Positions 1 through 7,826 of a stretch of DNA of 64,000 bases are shown here, one piece after another (positions within the stretch are counted from its first letter, which is position 1; each line of letters begins with the position of its first letter). Source of the stretch: an uncultured virus (IMG/VR IMGVR_UViG_3300002092_000043) (taxonomy: Duplodnaviria > Heunggongvirae > Uroviricota > Caudoviricetes); IMG/VR virus record IMGVR_UViG_3300002092_000043, positions 1-64,000 of that record; one strand, given 5' to 3'. A program made the position numbers and the translations under genes. Below the pieces are notes generated by a model. The model worked only from the letters and a program-made list of their open reading frames with translations. It did not search any database and was not told the origin of the DNA.

Positions 1-1
1 C

Positions 2-622
2 ACAAAAAATGGGCATAAGCGCACAGTAACGCTAAGTGCAAGCCTGATAGCGGAAATCAAAGCCTTTGTCATAGCAAAAGCCTTATCAAAAGAAGAACTA
101 ATCTTTTCTAAGCACCTTGTTCTAGAGCAAGGTAAACTAGGAAGCCCTTGTGAAAGCAAGGGAAAGCCTTACACGAAAGGAAGTAGAACTTTCCAACACG
201 CCACAGCGTATTCGTACAATGTGGGTGGGTGTAGGTGCAACCAATGCAAGCAAGCGGTAAAGGAATACCGCAGTCAATACAGAAAGGAGAAAGGCAAGGT
301 AGAAAGCCTTAGCAAAAGCCAAAGCAATAGCAGAAGCAATAGCAGAAGCCAAAGCAATAGCAAAAGCGAAAGCCATCTACCTCGGGACAGGTGGAGAGAT
401 ACCTGGAACGACGCCATAACCAAGTCAGGTATTGGCTGGTATCCCAAGACGCACGACTTACGGCACGCTAACGCCACACTTCTTTTGAAGAGTGGGGTAG
501 ATGTTCACGAAGTCAAAGAGCGTCTAGGTCATCAGTCAATCACAACGACGGAACGGTATCTACACCGTATTCGTCACCAGCAGTCAAAGGCAGCCGAGGT
601 TGTTAATGACTATTTGGAGTGA
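2..622 (+). CDS. Tyrosine recombinase/integrase, C-terminal part (5'-truncated by window), with inserted Cys/His motif and Ser-x repeat
   Basis: Frame is open from nt 2: TKNGHKRTVTL (catalytic Lys hairpin) ... HDLRH (HxxR) ... LGHQSITTTERY (H, catalytic Y). Confidence 0.9.
   Translation, partial: TKNGHKRTVTLSASLIAEIKAFVIAKALSKEELIFSKHLVLEQGKLGSPCESKGKPYTKGSRTFQHATAYSYNVGGCRCNQCKQAVKEYRSQYRKEKGKVESLSKSQSNSRSNSRSQSNSKSESHLPRDRWRDTWNDAITKSGIGWYPKTHDLRHANATLLLKSGVDVHEVKERLGHQSITTTERYLHRIRHQQSKAAEVVNDYLE
305..376 (+). repeat. Tandem array of 12 AGCnnn hexamers
   Basis: agcctt agcaaa agccaa agcaat agcaga agcaat agcaga agccaa agcaat agcaaa agcgaa agccat. Confidence 0.9.
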
Positions 623-1251
623 AAGATATGAAAACAATAAGCAAGATAAAGTTGGCAATCGGCAGTATTGCCGTTATGCCACTAGTGCTAATAATTGCTA
701 TTGGGTTGGCTGCACCGGCGGTAGCACCGTCTAAAGCAGACGCCCTAACGGTTATAGCACATCAGAAGATGGCAACTCTCAAAGCGTATGAGAACGCTGA
801 CTCCCTATCTGATAGGGATTTAGTCAAACTTCTAAACGCAGTTGGCTTTGAAGGTTCACACCTCAAAGAAGCGTGGGCAGTTGCTAAGAAAGAATCACAT
901 GGAAACCCGCTCAACCACAACGGTAACCGCAAGACAGGGGATAACTCCTATGGCTTGTTCCAAGTAAATATGCTTGGTCAAATGGGTAATGACCGTAGAG
1001 CGCAATTCGGTTTAGCGTCTAACGCTGAACTGCTTAACCCTGTGAAGAACGCCCAAGTTGCTTATCACATGAGCAATGGGGGCAAGAACTGGAGTGCATG
1101 GAAGGGTGTCCATACGTCAGTAGTCAAATACTGGCTAAAGAAGTACCCTTACAAAGCGACCACAACTCAGGTGCATAAAGCAAAAGCAAAAGCCGTAGCA
1201 AAAGACAAAGCGAAGGCAAAGCCCAAGCAGAAGCGAAAGCAGAAGCGATAG
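619..1251 (+). CDS. Lysozyme-like/SLT lytic transglycosylase with N-terminal signal peptide and basic tail
   Basis: Hydrophobic N-terminus; AVAKKESxGNP (catalytic Glu), SYGLFQVN, NPxxNAxxAY, WSAW motifs. Confidence 0.85.
   Translation: MKDMKTISKIKLAIGSIAVMPLVLIIAIGLAAPAVAPSKADALTVIAHQKMATLKAYENADSLSDRDLVKLLNAVGFEGSHLKEAWAVAKKESHGNPLNHNGNRKTGDNSYGLFQVNMLGQMGNDRRAQFGLASNAELLNPVKNAQVAYHMSNGGKNWSAWKGVHTSVVKYWLKKYPYKATTTQVHKAKAKAVAKDKAKAKPKQKRKQKR
1179..1249 (+). repeat. Second AGCnnn hexamer array (~12 units, one 5-nt unit)
   Basis: agcaaa agcaaa agccgt agcaaa agacaa agcgaa ggcaa agccca agcaga agcgaa agcaga agcgat. Confidence 0.8.
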
Positions 1252-1258
1252 AGCAGGG

Positions 1259-1289
1259 AAGCCCCATCAGAAATGGTGGGGCTTTCTTT
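1259..1289 (+). terminator. Rho-independent terminator
   Basis: aagccccatca-gaaa-tggtggggctt followed by tcttt. Confidence 0.85.
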
Positions 1290-1327
1290 AATGTGCTAGG
1301 GTAGAAGCCTTAGCAGAAGGGAAAGCA

Positions 1328-1471
1328 ATGGGAGCAAAGAAAAACCAAATGAAAATTGATGCCGCATTAGCAGTGCGACAAGCAGGATACAAGGGAAAGG
1401 GTGGCAAACTTCCTGGGTCTAGAAACAAGAAAAAGACAGGATATGTAAAGATAGCCGCCTTAAATAAGTAG
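1328..1471 (+). CDS. Small basic protein (47 aa, not in ORF track)
   Basis: MGAKKNQMKIDAALAVRQAGYKGKGGKLPGSRNKKKTGYVKIAALNK; AAGGGA upstream; lies between two terminators. Confidence 0.65.
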   Translation: MGAKKNQMKIDAALAVRQAGYKGKGGKLPGSRNKKKTGYVKIAALNK

Positions 1472-1484
1472 TTAAAAAAGTTAT

Positions 1485-1519
1485 AGCCCCGATAGCACAA
1501 AACTATCGGGGTTTTTCTT
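1485..1519 (+). terminator. Rho-independent terminator
   Basis: ccccgatag-cacaaaa-ctatcgggg followed by a T-tract. Confidence 0.85.
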
Positions 1520-1532
1520 TATCCTTATACTT

Positions 1533-1841
1533 ATGGCTACAGCAACTTCAAGCGAAATCTCCTACGCAACAAGAGTAGGTGCTTCAAACACTCTTCCCAA
1601 TGGTGATGTTACGTATATAAGTCGTCATCCTTCTTCTAAAGACCATGTTATTAGAGTTACTGTTCGTAATAACAAGGTTAAAGAAGCAACAGTTCATCAC
1701 GAACCTCTTGACGTAGTTACTATGCGTCAAAAGAAAGTCGAAGCCGATGCAAAAGCAAGGGTTGATAGAAGCAAAGCCAATCGTGCCGCTCAGTTAGAAA
1801 AGAAGCGAGCAAGAACACCAAAACCTAAGAACAAGAAGTAA
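1533..1841 (+). CDS. Hypothetical basic protein, probably leaderless
   Basis: 102-aa ORF; TATCCT lies 7 nt before the ATG; no SD. Confidence 0.7.
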   Translation: MATATSSEISYATRVGASNTLPNGDVTYISRHPSSKDHVIRVTVRNNKVKEATVHHEPLDVVTMRQKKVEADAKARVDRSKANRAAQLEKKRARTPKPKNKK

Positions 1842-1844
1842 AAG

Positions 1845-1877
1845 AAAAAGCCCCCCAGTAATTTGGGGGGCTTTCTT
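1845..1877. terminator. Bidirectional terminator between convergent genes
   Basis: aaaag-cccccca-gtaatt-tgggggg-ctttctt. Confidence 0.85.
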
Positions 1878-1886
1878 ATTTAGAAG

Positions 1887-3902
1887 TTATTGATTGTCTT
1901 TAATAAGTTTAACTTCACAAGCATCAGTGGTGCAGTAAGCCTCACCAATAGCGTCTGAAGCCATACCAGCATAGACACCACTAAAGTCAATAGGGAACAA
2001 CTTCATTGTGTAGTCCTCGTACTCCTGAGCAGTAATCTGTGTGTAAGGCATCTGAGCATAGACTTGGTTACCCATTGGAAGGAAACTAATCGTCTTTAAC
2101 TGACCGTCGTACATATGAAGTACTGACTCAATACTTTCTGCTTCCTTATCTGCATCAAAAGTCACAGTAACTGATACAGAATTATCTGACCAGTAACGTT
2201 GAGCAGCAGAAGCAAGTGCTACCTTTTCGTAAATTGAAACTTCTTTCTCTGCTCTTTTGGCATTTGTTTCAACAGGGAAGTAAACGACACTTGTTCCTTC
2301 CATATCTGTTACATCAGGTTCAATGGTGTACTGAGCCAGTTGGAACAGTGGAAGCATAGGGTCGTTATTGCGGAAGCGAATAGCACGAAGGAAGTGCTTT
2401 CCACCTGATGCCCAGTGAACTCCAGGAGATTCACCTGCAAGAATTGAAACTGTTCCTGATGGCTTGACCGTTGTTGTCTTAATAGATTCACGAATGCCAA
2501 GCCACTCAGAATAGTTAACGTCATGGGATTTGATGACTCGGTAGCCTTCATCCATCCATGTACGCAATACAGACCAGCCATTGTTATCCGCAAAGTTTGC
2601 AACACCAGAGATAGAAGTACCAATGCGACGGTTACGTTGCATGATGGCATTTGTTTCCTGCCAGTGTGTAGGGATAAGAGTTACAGTCTTGGCGTAAAGA
2701 TAAGCAAACTTTAGTGTTCTCTTGAAATCTTCCAAGTTGTCGTGGCGATTCAAGTAAGTCTCTACCAAGGTACAGCACTCAAATGATTCAAGCGATTGTT
2801 CTGCACAGGGGTTGTACCCTGCAATGCGCCAGTCTTTGTTATTGATTGGGTCTGCAAGTCGTCCGTATTGACGAGATACATCCATCCAAATAACTCCTGG
2901 CTCACCATTGCGGGCAATGCCGTCAATGATTGGAGATAGGTCTTGACCTACTGCAACCTCAACGGAGTTATTGGACATCCATCCGTGAGCCATACGCTCT
3001 GGGTACTTCTCATAGTTCTTTAAGTTGAGGAAGTCCTCATCATCAAGGCGTCCCATCAATAGTTCTGCTGAACGACGAACGTTTCCTGATACAACACAAA
3101 CGCCAATGACGTTTCCAATGTCTGCAATGTCACGACGGGTCAACTTCTGACCTGCACGACCCTTGAACATATCACTGATGAAGTTGTGTAGTTTTAGGAG
3201 AGGTTCGTGTCCTGCTGCAGTTCCACCAAAGGTTTTAATGGGCGCACCTGCTGGACGGATTTCTTCGTAACTAAATACTGGAGCCTTCGTATCTGGCTTG
3301 AGGTAAGCGCTGATGAGGGCGGCGGTTGATTCGACCCAGCCTTCCCGTGTGTCTGGTATGACATAGGTATCACCTGTTTGCGGTTCATAAATATTGAAGT
3401 CCTTATCTGCACCTTTATCATCGAAGCCAACGCCCACTCCGAGCATTGATGCTTCCATGAGGAAAGCGAATGGTTTGGCTGGGTCTGTCTTGGTCATTGA
3501 GCCTGTTGATACAAAAGCACAATTCTGTAGAGCAGCGGAGTTGCGTTGCTCATTGACTAGAGGGGTTCCCATTACCCATAGTCCTCGTCCTGGCGGTGTC
3601 CACTTCAAGTTGAAGAGGCGGTCAAAGGCTTCTTTAGCCGATGCTGCTGCCTTGGCATCTGACCAAGGTAGGCGGTTAAGTTTGGCGTGGTCTTTCTGCA
3701 GTGAGTACATACCGTTGATGACTCTCTGGCATACATCTACCCAAGTTTCCTTAGTACCATCTGCCTTCAGACGAGAATAGGTACGGAGAAAAGTAATCTC
3801 CCCTACGGAGTTTCCTCCAGCATCCCTATACCCGAATGGTGCCTTCTTACCCTTGTAGGATTCTACGAATTCGTTTGCTAGTTCAAAAGAGAACAAGCCC
3901 AT
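1887..3902 (-). CDS. nrdJ: Class II (adenosylcobalamin-dependent) ribonucleotide reductase, monomeric RTPR type
   Basis: LQNC, VRRSAE, GYNPCAEQ (thiyl Cys), TVKPSGT, C-terminal CTTDAC redox pair. Confidence 0.95.
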   Translation of the reverse strand: MGLFSFELANEFVESYKGKKAPFGYRDAGGNSVGEITFLRTYSRLKADGTKETWVDVCQRVINGMYSLQKDHAKLNRLPWSDAKAAASAKEAFDRLFNLKWTPPGRGLWVMGTPLVNEQRNSAALQNCAFVSTGSMTKTDPAKPFAFLMEASMLGVGVGFDDKGADKDFNIYEPQTGDTYVIPDTREGWVESTAALISAYLKPDTKAPVFSYEEIRPAGAPIKTFGGTAAGHEPLLKLHNFISDMFKGRAGQKLTRRDIADIGNVIGVCVVSGNVRRSAELLMGRLDDEDFLNLKNYEKYPERMAHGWMSNNSVEVAVGQDLSPIIDGIARNGEPGVIWMDVSRQYGRLADPINNKDWRIAGYNPCAEQSLESFECCTLVETYLNRHDNLEDFKRTLKFAYLYAKTVTLIPTHWQETNAIMQRNRRIGTSISGVANFADNNGWSVLRTWMDEGYRVIKSHDVNYSEWLGIRESIKTTTVKPSGTVSILAGESPGVHWASGGKHFLRAIRFRNNDPMLPLFQLAQYTIEPDVTDMEGTSVVYFPVETNAKRAEKEVSIYEKVALASAAQRYWSDNSVSVTVTFDADKEAESIESVLHMYDGQLKTISFLPMGNQVYAQMPYTQITAQEYEDYTMKLFPIDFSGVYAGMASDAIGEAYCTTDACEVKLIKDNQ

Positions 3903-4076
3903 TTATCTACCACCATTTCTAGTTATTTGAATATACCCCTCAATAGGGAGACCTATTGTGACGGAGGAAAACCTATCACGCACTTGCTAACTTTATTTAC
4001 TGGGAAGTGGTGGGAGGAAAGGTTAAACTAACATCCACCTTGCTCCACTACTCTCCACTTGATGTTATCAGATAAC

Positions 4077-5582
4077 TTAATCCTCTATGGATTGCTGGAT
4101 TATTTTAGTGACTGTATCTTCTTTCAGTGCTTCTGGAAGTTCTTTAAGGGCTTGAGCACGGTCACCGAAGATGGCGGACAAGACTCCACCTGAAGATTGA
4201 CGGCTGGCTGTAATCTGAATGAATTCTTTATTCTGGTCCATCTCATTAACGTTTCCTACTAACTTAAGGAGGCGGTCAATTTCTTGGGACAAGTTAGGGT
4301 CTGCGTAACCACCGTTCATTTCCTCAGCAAAACGCATAAAAGCAACTCTTTGTCCCTGCATTTCGATGATTGTAGTAAGCAAAGCCTTCAACTGTTCTTT
4401 GGTTTTGACTTCTACTGGAAGGTTAAAAGCACAGGTATTTGAAGGCTTAAAGGCTGGGCAATTAGCCGCAACAAAACAAGTATCGCATTGGCGCAGAGAT
4501 GAGGCTTGGTTACTAATGACTGGAACGTCTTTAAGGACATCACGACCTTCGTCGTCTGTATCAACAACTGTTTTCATCTTGTAGCCAAAAACAGGTAGAT
4601 TTTGCACCTCAGAAGGGTCTCTTTGGACTAGTTCTGTGGGCTCATTTTTCCGCATCTCAACACCACTGTTATCAGAAAGGTACCCCCCCAATTCCCCTAA
4701 ACCTGATAGTAGTGGGGTATCACTGTTATCAGATACTACGTCCTTTTTGCCACCATCAATGATGTGTAAATCGGGTGTCTTCTTGTCCATGGATGCCTCT
4801 AGTTTCTTGTATGACCAGACTGCCACTCTAGTGGCTTCTAAGGTACTATCTTGGCTAAACGCCAAATAGTCTAGTCCTGCCTTCTCCACTACGGACTTGT
4901 AGCGGGGTCTTGCTTGATTCTTCATCTTCTTTGGGTAACGGTTTAACTTGGTTCCATCCCAGATGATTGTCTCTCCTCGACGCATGGGCGATAGCCACGA
5001 CAATGTGCTGGCGGTGCTAAATGGTACCTGTCTCAGGTTGTCTGGCTTGGCACAGGCAAGGGCGTGAAACTGGGTTCCATACTGACGCTGGTAGCCCCGT
5101 GTGAGGGCTGCTAGGCTCGTTACAGACTCAATCTCAGCGCTAGGTATGACCACGTTCGGATACCGTTCACAGAGGCTTTTAAGGGCTGGTAACCCGTACT
5201 CTTCGTGCCAGACTACCCAAAGTTTAGGGTCGTTTTCAAAAAAAGGACGTTGGGCTTCTACCCAATCTTTGCCTAAAACTATGGAGTCAAACTCTGAAAA
5301 GGCTAGGGCCCTATCTGCATTGTTAACCAGGAACTCTTGGTATTCAGCGGCTAAAGAAGTTAGTTCTTCTTTAGAGAGTCCAGCCTTGTCTGCCTGGGCC
5401 GCTCCTGATTCGATTACAACCAGGGTGTCGGAGTCAAAGTGCTCCGATATTAACCAGTCCTTATTCTTGGGCAAACCTCTTTTGCGTAATCCCCAAAAGT
5501 TGAGCCCCATCAACTCAACTTTTTGACCTTCTAACAACTTTCTATTTGAACCTATTTCAGACCCAGAGAATATTAACTTCAT
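4077..5582 (-). CDS. TGT/DpdA-like TIM-barrel protein (degenerate) fused to Cys4 cluster and helical C-terminal domain
   Basis: Motif order VIESGA / EFD / VVWH / FHAL / PFSTASTLSW parallels DSG / D / VxH / HxLG / SxDSxSW; C-terminal CDTC..C..C. Confidence 0.55.
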   Translation of the reverse strand: MKLIFSGSEIGSNRKLLEGQKVELMGLNFWGLRKRGLPKNKDWLISEHFDSDTLVVIESGAAQADKAGLSKEELTSLAAEYQEFLVNNADRALAFSEFDSIVLGKDWVEAQRPFFENDPKLWVVWHEEYGLPALKSLCERYPNVVIPSAEIESVTSLAALTRGYQRQYGTQFHALACAKPDNLRQVPFSTASTLSWLSPMRRGETIIWDGTKLNRYPKKMKNQARPRYKSVVEKAGLDYLAFSQDSTLEATRVAVWSYKKLEASMDKKTPDLHIIDGGKKDVVSDNSDTPLLSGLGELGGYLSDNSGVEMRKNEPTELVQRDPSEVQNLPVFGYKMKTVVDTDDEGRDVLKDVPVISNQASSLRQCDTCFVAANCPAFKPSNTCAFNLPVEVKTKEQLKALLTTIIEMQGQRVAFMRFAEEMNGGYADPNLSQEIDRLLKLVGNVNEMDQNKEFIQITASRQSSGGVLSAIFGDRAQALKELPEALKEDTVTKIIQQSIED

Positions 5583-6058
5583 TTGTAATCCTCCAGATAC
5601 CTTATCAAACCCTGTAAAATTCTCTTCTCTTCTTTAACCATTCCTAATGCTCTGTTACAAGGTCCACACAATAAGCCCCTAACTTCTCCTGTTTCATGGT
5701 CGTGGTCTACTGCTGCTCGATTACGCATTGCTACATCTTCGTTTGGGTCTAAAGTTAAGGGTTCCATACATGCCGCACACCCACCATATTGAGCCTCTAA
5801 TATCTCTATTAAACGGTTGTGTTCTACCCCATATTTTCGTAATTGGGCTTGTTTTGCTCTTTTTAGTTTGTACTCTTGCTGCTGCTCTAAGGTAAGAGAT
5901 TTCCACCAATTACTCCATTTATCCGATGAGTTGTACTTTTTAGCGTTTTCTCGTTCGCAAACAAAACAGTAACTATGTCGGTAATGTTTTTCACCCTTTT
6001 TTACCAATCGAAAATCTTGCAAGTTTTTTTCTTTCTTACATTTTGCACACATTTTCAT
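5579..6058 (-). CDS. Endonuclease VII-family (HNH-type) free-standing endonuclease
   Basis: N-terminal CxxC..CxxC; QxGxCAAC..VDHDHxTGEVRGLLCxxCNxxLG. Confidence 0.9.
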   Translation of the reverse strand: MKMCAKCKKEKNLQDFRLVKKGEKHYRHSYCFVCERENAKKYNSSDKWSNWWKSLTLEQQQEYKLKRAKQAQLRKYGVEHNRLIEILEAQYGGCAACMEPLTLDPNEDVAMRNRAAVDHDHETGEVRGLLCGPCNRALGMVKEEKRILQGLIRYLEDYK

Positions 6059-6112
6059 CAGAAAAATATATCACCTAATAGAAGAATTTTAATGACAAAC
6101 AGAATATGATTC

Positions 6113-6610
6113 TCATTCGTCTTTATCAGCCCAAAAGTCTTGCTCTTTAGGGCGTTGGGCTTCTTTTGCCTTTGCCAAATTGACACGTGTAACTGCGGCT
6201 TCAATGTCAGACCACTTACGTACCTTACTTGGCGCATCTGGGCGATTCTCTACCTTTGTGTAACCTGGATGACTAAACAATAAAGAAGTTACATTTTGCT
6301 TTTCAAATACCCAAGCACACATGGCTGGGTCAGCATCTACGTACATCTCAAGAGGTGCTTTAGAACGTGCTAAAAGAAACTGTCTTTTCTTTAGGTCTTC
6401 GCCTTCTAAGTGAGCCCCAACATCAATCAACTCGTCATAGTTAATGATTCCATGACCTTGCAACCATTGTTCCGCATCGTCAGTCTTACGACTGGTAATG
6501 ATGCTTACACGGTGGGCATTGGCGAGTGCGTAGTACAGGATAACTCCTGCTCGGATTGGTTCTCCAGATTCCGAACTTAGTACGCCGTCTAGTGCTAGTA
6601 ATACGTTCAC
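6113..6610 (-). CDS. HAD-superfamily (PNK-phosphatase-like) protein, nucleophile Asp apparently replaced
   Basis: LLALDGVL (motif I), ITSR (motif II), YVDAD (motif IV). Confidence 0.65.
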   Translation of the reverse strand: MNVLLALDGVLSSESGEPIRAGVILYYALANAHRVSIITSRKTDDAEQWLQGHGIINYDELIDVGAHLEGEDLKKRQFLLARSKAPLEMYVDADPAMCAWVFEKQNVTSLLFSHPGYTKVENRPDAPSKVRKWSDIEAAVTRVNLAKAKEAQRPKEQDFWADKDE

Positions 6611-6613
6611 GAT

Positions 6614-7546
6614 TTATCCTTTTGCTCGGTATGTCGCCGCTCTTCTAATTAGGGTCTGAGTATCTGGCAGTTCAATGCCGTAGGTTTCTTCTGTTTCTTG
6701 CGCTTTGTATGCTGTCCAGTACTCAGACATCTTCTTTAGGGCAGATATGGTTCCGTACTTCTTACCGGCCTGCCATCTGTAGTTGTAAAAATCTCCATAG
6801 CCCTGTCCTTCTGGCTTAAACGCAAAACGACGGGCATCGTGAATGTCTTGGAACAATGCGTGACCCTGCATAAGGGCTGCGTGCATTGCAGTTTCTGCAT
6901 TGCGACGTGCCGCATCATTCTGTGCAGCGTTTAATTTAGAAACTGCTTTTGAATACCGTGCAACAACTTCAGTTGCCATATCTAAGTCTCTTTTAGCAAA
7001 CTCGTCCCATACCTTGTTACGTGGCGCACCTTCTCTAGAAGGAACTACAGTCCACTCGTTGTGAGTAAGGTCGTAGGCTGCGTAAGGGTTGATGCGGCGA
7101 ATATCTGTGGCGCCTGGATTAACATAAAAGGTAACTTCATAACCATTCCAGTTTTCAGTATCTGGCTGTAGGTTAGTACGGAAATCTTCGTTTAACATTC
7201 GGCTAATTTCAACGTCAGATAAACCATGGTATTCAGGGTGAACCTTACGGAACTGTATGTAATCCACACCAATAAGAACGTCTAAGTCGCCTGGCTGACG
7301 AGCAGCAGACCATTGGTATGAAACGCCTGAGCCTGCAATCCATACGTGTGCCCATAGGTCAGGTTGACGATACTGTTCGTTCAAGAACCCAAATAACAGT
7401 TGCAAGATACCGTTACGTACCCATCCATTGATACTAGTACCTGTAAACAATTTAGGGTCTAACTCTGATTCAGGGGCAGAAAAATAGGAAGTAGCGGAAC
7501 CCTGAATATGAATGGGTTGAGCGTTACTTCCTAGGTTTCTGAACAT
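6614..7546 (-). CDS. Pol-beta superfamily nucleotidyltransferase
   Basis: hAGS..(x)..GDLDVL signature, later EVTFYVN strand. Confidence 0.75.
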   Translation of the reverse strand: MFRNLGSNAQPIHIQGSATSYFSAPESELDPKLFTGTSINGWVRNGILQLLFGFLNEQYRQPDLWAHVWIAGSGVSYQWSAARQPGDLDVLIGVDYIQFRKVHPEYHGLSDVEISRMLNEDFRTNLQPDTENWNGYEVTFYVNPGATDIRRINPYAAYDLTHNEWTVVPSREGAPRNKVWDEFAKRDLDMATEVVARYSKAVSKLNAAQNDAARRNAETAMHAALMQGHALFQDIHDARRFAFKPEGQGYGDFYNYRWQAGKKYGTISALKKMSEYWTAYKAQETEETYGIELPDTQTLIRRAATYRAKG

Positions 7547-7550
7547 GAAA

Positions 7551-7826
7551 CTAGTTTACTTCTGGGTTAATGCCCCTATCGCTTAAAGCGTCAATTATCT
7601 TTGACTTAATTTCAGCAGAAGCGTCAACTGGCTTTAAAAGTCGTGCTACTGAGGCTGCAATTCGGTCTGACAACAACCGTTGTTCAATTTCCGACACTAG
7701 TTCTTTGCTGCTTTGATAGATGTCAAATGTAGTTGCCTGACGAGTTACATCTTCACCGGGTTCGGATGATACTGTGGATAGGCTTCCGTCTTCGTTGATT
7801 GTTACTGTGTACTTTGCTAGTGCCAT
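7551..7826 (-). CDS. Hypothetical protein
   Basis: 91-aa ORF, TAATG-coupled. Confidence 0.75.
   Translation of the reverse strand: MALAKYTVTINEDGSLSTVSSEPGEDVTRQATTFDIYQSSKELVSEIEQRLLSDRIAASVARLLKPVDASAEIKSKIIDALSDRGINPEVN

Noticed and set aside
137..477. Hydrophobic minus-strand ORFs (137-376, 274-477)
   Set aside because: Antisense readings of the AGC hexamer array within the recombinase gene.
3905..4076. Cobalamin riboswitch or NrdR box upstream of nrdJ
   Set aside because: No B12-box or NrdR consensus was recognisable by eye.
4077..5582. Functional 7-deazaguanine DNA modification pathway
   Set aside because: The catalytic Asp motifs look substituted and no folE/queD/queE/queC genes are in the window; kept only as a degenerate homologue.
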